This document shows, piece by piece, positions 38,421 to 51,239 of a DNA stretch of 64,000 bases (within the stretch, counting starts at the first letter, position 1; every line of letters starts with the position of its first letter). Below the pieces are notes generated by a model. The model ran no database searches. It had not been told where the DNA came from and worked only from the letters and a program-made list of their open reading frames with translations. This DNA comes from Macrostomum lignano (lineage: Eukaryota). Where the stretch lies: contig NIVC01001268.1 of NCBI GenBank assembly GCA_002269645.1, positions 1 to 64,000 on the forward strand, written 5' to 3'. The position numbers were made by a program, and so were the translations under genes.

Positions 38421-39747
38421 AATTCCTTGAAACTTCTTGCTCCTAAAAAACCATCCTGAAGAATTTTATTCAAATGGTTTATCGGTTAATTGTCTCGATG
38501 AATCCCCCGGAAAATTCTGGCTCAATAAATTCCCTTCTCTGCAAAGAGATCCGTAATTACTATGTTCAGAAATTTGTTGCTTATTAAATAATGCACAGCT
38601 TACCTACCATGTGATATGTTGCAGTAAAAGGAATTTCCCTCGCAGCAATTAATGCAGATATTGGTTCACTAACTACTTAGTTAGTAGTATAAACGCATAA
38701 GATTCTTACTACAAAAAACATGTTTTTAAACACAATGATAGATAAATATTGAAACACAGTTGGTGCAAAATTAACTATTTTATTTTTATTGTGACTTCAT
38801 TTTTTTATTTAACGCGGATTTTCTATAATAGCGTACTACTATTGAGCAGTAGGTCAGTTGGCTTGTGCTGCTTGTACATGTAATTGTATTATTTGTTCAT
38901 TATTTTGCCTCAGTAAGACTTGCGTTTTAAAAAAATGATTCTTACTTAATTTAATTGACGCGCAAATTTTCTTTTGTAAATTAGTTATTATTAATTCTAC
39001 TACTATTATATACTATTATCGCTTGTCACATGACCGATTCTCATGTCATTTTGCGCTCCATAAAGTTGTTTACGATACATATCGGCAATTTCACAATTTT
39101 TTGCAATGACCCTCTCCTACTTCTTACATCTCTCTTTCTTCCCTTGAATCTTTTCTTTTTAGACCCTTGCCTCATTTTTTCTCTTTCCTTTCTAAACCAT
39201 ACTTTTGTAAATAGCTCATTTCTTGTTTTCATAATTAATTAGCTATATGCATCAAATCCAGCATGCCCTAGATCTGACACTTAATAATTGATTATATCTG
39301 TTGTTGAGCACTGATACATTAAACTTTTTGTAAGGTATTGTTACGACACAGCTCTTTTCCTGCCTCCTACTCATATTAATGCCTTGAAATATTTTAATCG
39401 AACTTTATTTTCTGTAGTATGTGGATATCTGGTTTCTCTCTGTATTGAATTTACTTCGCAAGCAAACTGTAAAGAAAACTTTTTGTTATAAACAAATCAA
39501 ACAAGATTACATTATTATTCATTGCACTTTTGAATAGTAAATATTATTTCTGTATTCTTATAAAAACACATCTTTTACACGCGTATCGCTTTATTGCCGT
39601 GCGAACTTTATTAATTTATTGATTGATTGCGAAGCTGGCTACTAATGAGTAGTACATTTCAGTATTTGTGAGTCACGTCTAGTTTAAAATAGGATCCTTT
39701 GAGATAAAATGTGAAACACAATGAGAGCGCAATCGAGTTATGGCTGG

Positions 39748-42700
39748 TTACCATAGCAACACGTTGACAGCGTCGCTTGAACTCGGTGCGGTAGTGAAGT
39801 TTCCTGGAAACTCTGTTGCGACGGTGGTGCCGTTGGAGTCCCCGTGGTGGATCTGCGGCTCGGGCACCGTGAGCCTGATGAGCACAGCCAGAACTATATA
39901 GCTGATGAGCAGTATGGCCGCTGGGATTTTCGATTTGAGCACCTTGCCGACGGAAATTCGCTTGTTGTTCAAGTTTGCGGATGTCCCTGCAGCTACTGAG
40001 TTGTCTGGCACGAGCTGGTCGAAGCTTCTCTGAGATCGGCCGCCGGCTAGGATGGCTGCAGAGGGTGTCAGGGGATGGGCACACTGAGGTGTCAGGGGAT
40101 GGGCACACTGAGGTGTCAGGGGATGGGCACACTGAGGTGTCAGGGGATGGGCACACTGAGGTGTCAGGGGATGGGCACACTGAGGTGTCAGGGGATGGGC
40201 ACACTGAGGTGTCAGGGGATGGGCACACTGAGGTGTCAGGGGATGGGCACACTGAGGTGTCAGGGGATGGGCACACTGAGGTGTCAGGGGATGGGCACAC
40301 TGGAGGTGTCAGGGGATGGGCACACTTTGAGGTGTCAGGGGATGGGGCATACCTTGAGGTGTCAGGGGATGGGGCATACCTTGAGGTGTCAGGGGATGGG
40401 GCATACCTTGAGGTGTCAGGGGATGGGCACACTGAGGTGTCAGGGGATGGGCACACTGAGGTGTCAGGGGATGGGGCATACTTTGAGGTGTCAGGGGATG
40501 GGGCATACTTTGAGGTGTCAGGGGATGGGGCATACTTTGAGGTGTCAGGGGATGGGGCATTTACTTTGAGATGTCAGGGGATGGACACACTGAGGTATTT
40601 GGAGGTGGCACACTTCGAGGTGTCAGGAGGCGACACACTTTCAGTTGTCAGACGACACTGCTGTGCTCAAACAACTAAAACTCACGCCGGGTCTCATCGT
40701 GAGTAATAAATCCTTCAACGTCGGTCTCGCGCTCCGCAGAGCCGGACACCTTCTTGGACACGCCGGTCCAGTCCAGCCTGAGAGTGATCACCAGTCCGAG
40801 TATATTCCAGGCTACGGACGAGATCAAGTAGCCGCTCCACAGGCCGAGCATCCCGATGCCCACAGCGAAGGTCAGACTGAGACCGATGGGGTGCCCGATG
40901 AACCAAAGTGCCACCAGGGCGATGACCACGCAGGTGTTATGAAAGTTGCAGCCACGCAGCGCCGCTATGTGGCCCCAAGCCGAGGCGATGACGAACACGT
41001 ACGGGATGACGAAGTAGATGATCTGGCTGAATATCTCGGTGGTCTCCTCGTCCGCTGAGAATATCTTTGGAATGACGTCTTTGAGAGCCAGCATCAGAAG
41101 GGCTTCGATTAGGCCGATGAAGCCTACAAGGTATGGAGGACAGCGCCTAATTTAGTGATCTGTGGCGGAGGATTTATAAATATCGGCTTGCGAGAATTGT
41201 GGAGTTTTAAAGAGGGCTTCACCAGCGCTATTGACATCACCGCTACTCCGGCGCAAACTGTCTGAACAGCTAAAGTCTCAAACGCTAAAATGTCTCCAGC
41301 GTAGGTATCCCGAGCGCTGACAGTCATAAGAGCGCATGTCTCCTGCGCTACCGTCAGCACAGCAAATTGTCGCCAGAGCGAACTGTCTCCACTGCTAAAT
41401 GAAAATATTTGATATCAAAATGAAAGCTTGGGGTAGGGCAAACAACCTCGCCCCCAGCCAATTAGAACTAAGCAGGCTGCGTGCACTGATGAGGAGGCGT
41501 AAGCCAACTTACGCAGCAATAATTCAGAACACAAATTTCATGGCTGTGTACATACGATTTCCATGTACGGTAAGATACATTGTTAGGCTTCACCAGGTTT
41601 AATTTATTAGTTACAATCCATTTACTCGTATAATACAAGCGTACCAACAAAAAATAAAATTCTGTGACTATACTGTGGAAAGCGGAATGTCCCTCCTGTG
41701 GGAAAACATGCAGTGAGTGCACCAAGCCGATTGTCGATCTTCTCGACCCAAGCAGACATACCATGTGGGTGGCTCCATGACGCCTCAAGATGATACTGCC
41801 AACGGTGAGGATCTTCTTAACCTCTGTGAGATAAGCTCAGTTAACTTTGTCGACGCCAAGATGGAGAACACTGTCATCGGCGAAGTCCGTGTTCCCAAGC
41901 AGCTGGACACGGGTGCAGCAGTGACTGTCATCTCATCCACCATCTGGGAGTCTCTAAAGAGTCCACCGCTCCAAAAAGTCATCGCCGCCTACAGGCCAAC
42001 GATGGTCACGATCTCAAGGTTCTTTGCACCCTCACGACTACCATAGACTTACGTGGCCGGCTGCACCCCGCCCAGCTGACCATCTTGAAAGCTGAGAAGC
42101 AATTTGGTCCTACTAGGCCAGGATCTTCTGCAATCTGACCGTCTCTTTAACTTGGCTGATTCAAAAGCCGCTCCAAAAAAGGACAAAGACACTTCCAGTT
42201 ATTAAGGGCGCCGAGGCCAAGATTCTGCGGTGATCGCCGAGCTAGAGAGACTTCATCAACTTTAACAACTTAGTGTGATCGAGCCTGTATACGACCCGGT
42301 AAGCAACTCCTCTCCGGTTGTGAGGGTGGAGAAAAAGGACGGGTCACTCAGTATGTGCGCAAAATATTGTCCAAAGATTACTCTGTATTCATATATTGTA
42401 AAGCATCTCCTGGCCAAGTCGACGAACGCAAAGAAGTTCGCTTCTGTTGATTTGCGATTCGCTTACGAGCTACTGGCAGATCAAGTTGGATTAGGCTGCG
42501 CAGGAGCTGTCAATCATAAACACTTCTAAAGAATTGTTCCGCGTAAAACGCCTGCAGATGGGAATGAAGAACGCGTCCTTTATTTTTCAACGTACAATGG
42601 AACAGATTCTCTCCGACATGAAGGGCCACTTACGAGGGTCACTCCGAAAGTTTTTAGAATGGAACGGTTATAACGCTAATAACAAAACAAAATAAAGTAG

Positions 42701-45700
42701 GGTGGGTGGGAGACCAGCTTGACTCCATTTTGCTCCAGGAAGGCAGAAGTCAACCGTGCAGTGTGGGCGCTGGCGTTGTCTTGGTGCAGCTGGAGGCCTC
42801 AGGTTCCTGTGTTTGGTCGCCTCTGGCACCAAGCGCTGATGACTTGAGGAAGGCAGTGGCTGGTGTACCATGCCGCAGTCACCGTGCGATGATCCTCCAG
42901 GGGCACCGACACCAGATGGCCGGAGGCGGTGATGAAGGAGGCGACCATCTTCTTTCCGACACTCCGGGGCCTCTGCACCTTGGTCGGATGGTCATCGCCG
43001 GAGAAGCACCAGACTGTCGACTGACGCTTTGTCTCTGGGTCATACTGGTACACCCAGGTCTCATCGCCACTAATGATGTCAAAAACCTTTCTTGATGCTT
43101 CTCCGGCGAATTCTCTTAGCATTTTCTCGCACCAGTCCACCCTGACCCGTCTCTGCTCCTGTGACAGCGAATGGGGCACCCATCGAGTGCACAGCTTCTG
43201 CAGGCCCAGGTGTTAGTGCAGGATAGAGTGCACCTGCCCCGATCCAATGCCCAGTTGCGACTGTAACTCGTCGTAGGTTATGCGCCTGTTCTCGTTTACC
43301 AGTCGCTCAGCTTCATTGATGTTGTACTGGGTTACAGCTGTTGAGGGCCGACCGCTGCGACCTTCATCACTCAGGCAGGTGCGCTGCGAACGAAACTCGC
43401 GATACCAGTTGTACACAGTCGCTTGAGATGGAGACTCGTTGGGGAAGGCGGTTGCAAGCCGAGAAAAACATTCTGCTGGCGTCAGGTTGCACTTGAAGTC
43501 ATAGTAGATCATTACGCGAAAATCGCGATTTTCAAGCTCCATGACTTTTAGCGTAGGGTGCCTGCTTAATCAGACTTTAACTCAGAGTTGGCTAAGTAAA
43601 TGGCAACGAGACTTAACATGCATTAATGACAAATAATTTAGTCTATGGGTGAAAGCTGCCGAACAAAAAGTTTTACTCCTTCCCTTCCATTCTAAAGACT
43701 TTCGGAGTGACCCTCGTAATCTACCAGGACGATGTGTTGGTTTATGTACAAGCAATGAAGCTATAAGTGAGTTGAGGTGACCGAAGAATTTTTTCTTCTG
43801 TTTTCAGATTTCTGCGGCTGGCATCAAGCCAGACAACCGACTTGTGGTGAAAATCAGACGCATCGCGGTCACAGTAGACAAAAAGGAGCTAGAGCATTTC
43901 AATTGGCTTGGTAAATTTCTTCGGCAGGCTCATCCCTAACTTTGCCGGCAAAGCGAAGCCGCTAAACGAGTTACGGCGGGACAACGTCGCGTTTGTGTCG
44001 ACGGATGGCTGCAATCGAGCATTTGAAGCATTTAAGCAAGAGATTACGTCGCAGCCTGTGGTGCAGCCTTATTTCCTGGAAAAGGAGGTCACCACCACAA
44101 CTGACGCCCCGAAAGGTGCCCTTGCTGGTGTAGTGACCCAGAATGGCCACCCTATAATTTACAATTCCAGATTTACAATTCCAGAAGCCTGTCTAAGTCC
44201 GAGCAGAATTATTGAAACATCGATAGTCTGGACAGTTTGCCGACTGAGGCACTAATTACTTGGGAGGCATTTGACGATCAGCACTGACGATCAACCGATC
44301 TAGTGCGTCTAGTTGGTCAATCCGGCGGTATTCCAGTTAACACATCAGCTCGAATTCCTCGGTGGGCCATGAAAATGATGCGATTCGACTATACGTCATC
44401 GACTACGTACCTAGCAAAGATATACCAGCACTCGCGCTGATATACCTAACGGCTTGTACCTACATGTAAAGAGTTTCCCTGCCTCAAAAAACCTGGCTCA
44501 GCCCCCACAGTCGGGCACTCACCGAGCAGTGCCAGGATGACCTTGTACACCTGTTTGCCTTTCACATAATTAGCGGCGCCCATGTACCGTCCGATTCTGG
44601 TGATGGCTGCCGAGCCGGCGCCCACGCATGGCTGCATGGTGAGGATGAACAGCTGGAAGATGATGCCCTGGGCTGCCAGCTCCGCCTTGCCCAGGTACCC
44701 GGCAACAAAGGTGCCCATCTCGGAGGAGCTCACGAAGACCAGCTGGTTGGCGATCGACGGGAAAAGATTGTAGTAGTACTCACCCCACTGCAGGAAGCAG
44801 CGCATGGACCAGCCTGCAGGGCGAGGGTGAGTTCCGGGGGATCTGGGATCAGATTGGGGATCTGGGATCAGCTTGGGGATCTGGGATCAGCTTGGGGATC
44901 TGGGATCAGCTTGGGGATCTGGGAACAGCTTGTGTTTTCTGGGATCAGCTTGGGGATCTGGGATCAGCTTGGGGATCTGGGATCAGCTTGGGGATCTGCA
45001 ATTGGCTTGGGGATCTGGGAACAGCTTGAGGATCTGGGATCAGCTTGGGGATATGGAAACAGCTTGGGGATCTGGGATCAGCTTGGGGATCTAGGATCAG
45101 CTTGGGGATATGGAAACAGCTTGGGGATCTGGGATCAGCTTGGGGATCTAGGATCAGCTTGGGGATCTAGGATCAGCTTGGGGATCTGGGATCTGCTTGT
45201 GGATCTGGGATCAGCTTGGGGATCTGGGATCAGCTTGGGGATCTGGGATCAGCTTGGGGATCTGGGATCAGCTTGTGGATCTGGGATCAGCTTGGGGATC
45301 TGGGGATCAACAAGGATGCAGGATGTCATTAGAGTGCGCAACACTCACTACTCCTATGAAAAGGAGCAGGAAGTGTGATAAGATAAGATAAGGTCTCAAA
45401 ACATCTGAGATCAATTTCACTTACCAGGCCAAGTGTCTTTGTGCACCTTGCTGATCACAATGTAGGAAGTCATCATCACGGGCAGGAGGCAGAGTGAGCA
45501 GCAGAGCCCCAGTGCGGCGCCGCTGCACAAAGATTGTAGAGGGAATCTGATGCGGCTTTTACTTTTAAGGAAGCTGTTCTGTTGGTACAACTTTGCTATT
45601 CAAACTATGACAAGCCTGAGTTTGCGCCATTTATTCAAAAACCTCGGCGCTATTGGGCCCATCAATAATCGAGACTGCCCCCTTGGAAGACAGAAAGGTT

Positions 45701-48700
45701 CGCACCATGTCAATATTGACCTTGGCGCCATTTCAATATTGACTTTGGTGCTATTTCAATATTGACTTTGGTGCCATTTCAATATTGACCTTGGCGTCAT
45801 TTCAATATTGACTTTGGTGCCATTTCAATATTGACCTTGGCGCCATTTCAATATTAACCTTGGCGCCCTCCCTACAGAACCCACAGCGCCCCCCTCCAAA
45901 GCAATCCCTGCACCTACTTGACTCCGAGTCCCAGCTGGAACACGAACAGCGCCTCCAGACCGAGGCAAACCAGCAGGGACACCAGGTGCATGAACAGGGT
46001 GGGGAAAACCCGTTGCAGGCAGTCCATGTACGCCATCTGGACTCGATAGATCAGCACGCACAGACAGCCGGGCATCAGGATGGTGATGAAGGTCTGCGAG
46101 CCGCTGGGTCATTGGGAAAGGGGGTATTAAAAGAGGGGATATTAATTTTCAGTCAGAAATGACTGGGTCAGAAATGGTGTACGTTTCAGATAGTGAGAGA
46201 GAGAGAAATACAGGTGAGAGATAGACAGGTGAGAGATAGACAGGTAAGAAATAAACAGGTGAGTAATAGACAGGTGAGAGATAGACACGCGAGAGATAGA
46301 CAGGTGAGAGATAGACAGGTGAGAGATAGACAGGTGAGAGATAAACAGGTGAGAGATGGACAGGTGAGAGATAGACAGGTGAGAGATGGACAGGTGAGAG
46401 ATAGACAGGTGAGAGATAGACAGGTGAGAGATGGACAGGTGAGAGATGGACAGGTGAGAGATAGACAGGTGAGAGATAGACAGGTGAGAGATGGACAGGT
46501 GAGAGATGGACAGGTGAGAGATAGACAGATGAGAGATAGACAGGTGAGAGATGGACAGGTAAGAGATAGACAGGTGAGAGATAGACAGGTGAGAGATAAA
46601 CAGGTGAGAGATGGACAGGTGAGAGATAGACAGGTGAGAGATGGACAGGTGAGAGATAGACAGGTGAGAGATAGACAGATGAGAGATAGACAGATGAGAG
46701 ATGGACAGGTGAGAGATAGACAGGTGAGAAATAGACAGGCGAGAGATACAAAGCCGCTACCAAGGAGGACAAAGACACTTCCAGTGATCAAGGGCGCCGA
46801 GGCCAAGATGTCACATATCTCTCTTCATGAGAGATCAATCATGAAGTTGAGCCTGCAATTCACTCACATGGCAATCCCTGCATCCTGGCCGATCAGCACC
46901 AGCAGTTTGGCACAATTAACAGCGAGGCCGCAGCTTACGATCCACATGCACACTGCCGCAGTGATGGCTGCAGTCAAGCATTAATTATTAGGATATGTAC
47001 GATTAATACACTGCTAGATACGTCTGGACTATTAGGAAGGCCCAGTAAATTCCAAACACACCATTGAAAAGTCAAAACAGAGACTCACAGCGCTGAACAA
47101 TGACACCTGCTCGCTTCTTCTTTGAGCTGCCGAGCGCTTGCGACAGAAATGTGAGACAGGACCAGCGGAGACCGTTCTCGATTGGCACCACCACCAGCTG
47201 GAACACCTGTATAAATTACGGTTGGTGTGGAACGTATACTGCCTTTCGCATTCCTGCCCGTCACATCCCCTGCCATTCACATCCCCTGCCATTCACATCC
47301 CCTGCTATTCACATCCCCTGCCATTCACATCCCCTGCCATTCACATCCCCTGCCATTCACATCCCCTGCCATTCACATCCCCTGCCATTCATATCCCCTG
47401 CCATTCACATCCCCTGCCATTCACATCCCTTGCGTTGCCATAGTTACCGAGACAGCCAAGCTCGCGATGTCCAAGGCTTCAATGCCCAGAGCTCCGCAGA
47501 AGGCCAGAGTTGCGGGGTACATCAGGGCGTACAGCAGCACTGAAACCGTCTGCATAGAGGGTAGGTAGTGTTGGAGCTGTGATACGATATGGAAGTGCTA
47601 GGCTAATGTCTAACAGTTGAGGCTAATGTCTAACAGTTGAGGCTACTGTCTAACAAGTTAGGCTGCTGTCTAACAGGTTAGGCTACTGTCTAACTTGCTA
47701 GGCTTCTGTCTAACAGGTTAGGCTACTGTCTAACTTGCTAAGCTTCTGTCTAACAGGTTAGGCTACTGTCTAACAGGTTAGGCTGCTGTCTAACAGGTTA
47801 GGCTACTGTCTAACTTGCTAGGCTTCTGTCTAACAGGTTGGACTACTGTCTAACAGGTTAGGCTAATGTCTAACAGGTCACGCTATTGTCTAACAGGTTA
47901 GGCTACTGTCTAACTTGCTAGGCTACTGTCTAACAGGTTAGGCTACTGTCTAACTTGCTAGGCTTCTGTCTAACAGGTTAGGCTGCTGTCTAACAGGTTA
48001 GGCTGCTGTCTAACAGGTTAGGCTACTGTCTAACTTGCTAGGCTTCTGTCTAACAGGTTGGACTACTGTCTAACAGGTTAGGCTAATGTCTAACAGGTCA
48101 CGCTATTGTCTAACAGGTTAGGCTACTGTCTAACTTGCTAGGCTTCTGTCTAACAGGTTAGGCTACTGTCTAACTTGCTAGGCTTCTGTCTAACAGGTTA
48201 GGCTGCTGTCTAACAGGTTAGGCTACTGTCTAACTTGCTAGGCTTCTGTCTAACAGATAAGGCTACTGTCTAACAGGTTAAGCTACTGTCTAACTTGCTA
48301 GGCTTCTGTCTAACAGGTTGGGCTACTGTCTAACAGGTTAGGCTGCTGTCTAACAGGTTAGGCTACTGTCTAACTTGCTAGGCTTCTGTCTAACAGGTTG
48401 GACTACTGTCTAACAGGTTAGGCTAATGTCTAACAGGTCACGCTATTGTCTAACAGGTTAGGCTACTGTCTAACTTGCTAGGCTTCTGTCTAACAGGTTA
48501 GGCTACTGTCTAACTTGCTAGGCTTCTGTCTAACAGGTTAGGCTGCTGTCTAACAGGTTAGGCTACTGTCTAACTTGCTAGGCTTCTGTCTAACAGATAA
48601 GGCTACTGTCTAACAGGTTAAGCTACTGTCTAACTTGCTAGGCTTCTGTCTAACAGGTTGGGCTACTGTCTAACAGGTTAGGCTACTGTCTAACAGGTTA

Positions 48701-48836
48701 GGCTACTGTCTAACAGGTTAGGCTACTGTCTAACAGGTTAGGCTACTGTCTAACATAACAAAATTCTCACCATTGGCCATCCCAATTTGACCAGCGTGAC
48801 CAGCTCAAACTTGTACTCGCTCCACTCGATTCCCAT
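39748..48836 (-). CDS. SLC47A1: MATE/SLC47 multidrug and toxin extrusion transporter, copy A, 9 coding exons, 568 aa, apparently intact
   Basis: Exons 48836-48771, 47549-47448, 47206-47089, 46967-46868, 46103-45918, 45522-45425, 44813-44523, 41123-40686, 40055-39748; GT-AG and phases all consistent. MATE motifs LGWP, FLSQALGS..KRAGVIVQRS, WSMRCFLQW, LGKAELAAQGIIFQL, RIGRYMGA, GLWSG, plus an extra C-terminal TM helix as in animal SLC47. Extra upstream exons are possible. Symbol is family-level. Confidence 0.9.
40065..40625. repeat. 24-bp minisatellite GGGGATGGGCACACTGAGGTGTCA, MATE-A intron 8
   Basis: Directly visible; ~22 copies with 25/26-bp variants. Confidence 0.95.
41700..44420 (+). mobile_element. 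Degenerate Ty3/Gypsy pol fragment (protease-RT-RNase H) in MATE-A intron 7, interrupted by mariner
   Basis: LDTGAAVTVIS protease; KRLQMGMKNASFIFQRTMEQILSDMKGHL|IYQDDVLV RT once the mariner is removed; TTDAPKGALAGVV RNase H-like. Many stops/frameshifts; boundaries approximate. Confidence 0.85.
42633..43716 (-). mobile_element. mariner (Tc1/mariner) element, 1084 bp, defective transposase
   Basis: TA TSD (42631-32, 43717-18); TIR CGAGGGTCACTCCGAAAGT(T/C)TTTAGAATGGAA with 1 mismatch. Transposase 43542 to ~42680 has HTH, WVPHSL, ISGDETW and HQDNASAH, two in-frame stops (43213-15, 42799-801) and truncation at HPPY before YSPDLAP/third Asp. Confidence 0.95.
44835..45305. repeat. 19-bp minisatellite CTGGGATCAGCTTGGGGAT, MATE-A intron 6
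   Basis: Directly visible, ~24 copies. Confidence 0.95.
45700..45870. repeat. 23-bp minisatellite AATATTGACCTTGGCGCCATTTC, MATE-A intron 5
   Basis: ~7 copies; only one related unit in paralogue B (~60100). Confidence 0.92.
46205..46750. repeat. 15-bp minisatellite GACAGGTGAGAGATA, MATE-A intron 4
   Basis: ~36 copies. Confidence 0.96.
47260..47430. repeat. 16-bp minisatellite CATTCACATCCCCTGC, MATE-A intron 2
   Basis: ~10 copies. Confidence 0.95.
47598..48755. repeat. 20-bp minisatellite GGCTACTGTCTAACAGGTTA with higher-order variant pattern, MATE-A intron 1
   Basis: ~57 copies; blocks of variant units recur at ~240-360 bp spacing. Confidence 0.96.
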
Positions 48837-49394
48837 GGGAGGATCTGTTCCGAGTTTATCTATTTAATTTTAAGTGTATTTTTCCTACTCAGTTGCAGGA
48901 AAAGTTTTTCGCGAACTAACTGAATGTATTAACACCAAAGTTACATGCTACTGATTCCAGTTTGCGGTCAGTTGCCAATGCTTGGAAAGATTTAAGAATT
49001 CAAGAGCATAAATTCTCTCAGTTTGCCTATTTTGTGTACGTGTAAGTCAGCTCAATCTGACACTGTTATCTCTCACTGCACAGCTATAGAAGTACTTGCA
49101 GAATGTGCTCATTTCCATTGCTGCAAACTTCAGTGAAACAAAAAGTTAAACGATAGTGTCAGACAGCTCAAAAGAAGTCGCTCGCCCTGTGCAGTCTGTC
49201 AGTGTCATTAAATCTGAGCAGTGGCGCAATGGCTGCACTTTGGACTGACACAGTTTTACTTACTTTACACTAAGCATACGAAGTACACGCAATGACGTGG
49301 GCTGCATGTACATGCCAGTGTGACGCAGTTGAGCTGATCACACCACCGATGAGGCTGGAATTCTGTGTACACTTCTGATTTTCTAAAACTGCAG

Positions 49395-51115
49395 GAGAGA
49401 TGAATGAGAAGAGATGGGGAAATGGGGAGGACAGATGGGAAGGAGAGATGGGAAGGGGAGATGGGAAGGAGAGATGGGAAGGAGAGATGGGAAGGAGAGA
49501 TGGGAAGGGGAGATGGGGATGAGAGATGAGAAGGAGAGATGGGAAGGAGAGATGGTAAGGGGAGAAGGGAAGATGGGAAGGAGAGATGGAAGGAGATATG
49601 AAAGGAGAGATGGGAAGGAGAGATGGGAAGGAGAGATGGGAAGGAGAGATGGGAAGGAGAGATAGGAAGGAGAGATGGGAAGGGGAGATGGGGAGGAGAG
49701 ATGGGAAGGAGAGATGGGAAGGGTAGAAGGGGAGATGGGAAGGAGAGATGGAAGGAGATATGAAAGGAGAGATGGGAAGGAGAGATGGGAAGGAGAAATG
49801 GGAAGGAGAGATGGGAAGGGGAGAAGGGGAGATGGGAAGGAGAGATGGAAGGAGATATGAAAGGGAGATGGGAAGGAGAGATGGGAAGGAGAAATGGGAA
49901 GGAGAGATGGGAAGGGGAGAAGGGGAGATGGGAAGGAGAAATGGGAAGGAGAGATGGGAAGGAGAGATGGGAAGGAGAGATGGGGAGGAGAGATGGGAAG
50001 GAGAGATGGGGAGATGGGAAGGAGAGATGGGAAGGAGAGATGGGAAGGAGAGATGGGAAGGAGAGATGGAAGGAGATATGAAAGGAGAGATGGGAAGGAG
50101 AGATGGGAAGGAGAAATGGGAAGGAGAGATGGGAAGGGGAGAAGGGGAGATGGGAAGGAGAGATGGAAGGAGATATGAAAGGGAGATGGGAAGGAGAGAT
50201 GGGAAGGAGAGATGGGAAGGAGAGATGGGAAGGAGAGATGGAAGGAGATATGAAAGGAGAGATGGGAAGGAGAGATGGGAAGGAGAAATGGGAAGGAGAG
50301 ATGGGAAGGGGAGAAGGGGAGATGGGAAGGAGAGATGGAAGGAGATATGAAAGGGAGATGGGAAGGAGAGATGGGAAGGAGAAATGGGAAGGAGAGATGG
50401 GAAGGGGAGATGGGAAGGAGAGATGGGAAGGAGAAATGGGAAGGAGAGATGGGAAGGAGAGATGGGAAGGAGAGATGGGAAGGAGAGATGGGGAGGAGAG
50501 ATGGGAAGGAGAGATGGGAAGGAGAGATGGGAAGGGGAGATGGGGAGGAGAGATGGGAAGGAGAGATGGGAAGGAGAGATGGGAAGGAGAAATGGGAAGG
50601 AGAGATGGGAAGGAGAGATGGGAAGGAGAGATGGGGAGGAGAGATGGGAAGGAGAGATGGGAAGGAGAGATGGGAAGGGGAGATGGGAAGGAGAGATGGG
50701 AAGGAGAGATGGGGAGGAGAGATGGGAAGGAGAGATGGGAAGGAGAGATGGGAAGGGGAGATGGGGAGGAGAGATGGGAAGGAGAGATGGGAAGGAGAGA
50801 TGGGAAGGAGAAATGGGAAGGAGAGATGGGAAGGAGAGATGGGAAGGAGAGATGGGGAGGAGAGATGGGAAGGAGAGATGGGAAGGAGAGATGGGAAGGG
50901 GAGATGGGGAGGAGAGATGGGAAGGAGAGATGGGAAGGAGAGATGGGAAGGAGAGATGGGAAGGGGAGATGGGGAGGAGAGATGGGAAGGAGAGATGGGA
51001 AGGAGAGATGGGGAGGAGAGATGGGAAGGAGAGATGGGAAGGAGAGATGGGAAGGGGAGATGGGGAGGAGAGATGGGAAGGAGAGATGGGAAGGGGAGAT
51101 GGGGAGGAGAGATGT
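49395..51115. repeat. ~14-bp purine-rich minisatellite GGGAAGGAGAGATG, ~1.7 kb
   Basis: Directly visible. Confidence 0.96.
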
Positions 51116-51239
51116 AAAGGAGAGTCACTTAGAATGTAGGAAACGCTCTGATTCACAGAGCAACGGAGCTTTCCCCAAAGACAAGAAGCACACCTGCCAT
51201 AGTACGAGCGAGTCATCACAGCATCCCATTATTCCACAT

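Noticed and set aside
49265-49392. Possible extra upstream MATE-A exon (CTCCTGCAG acceptor, GTAAGT donor)
   Set aside because: All three frames hit stops before the donor; could be 5' UTR but cannot be supported as coding.
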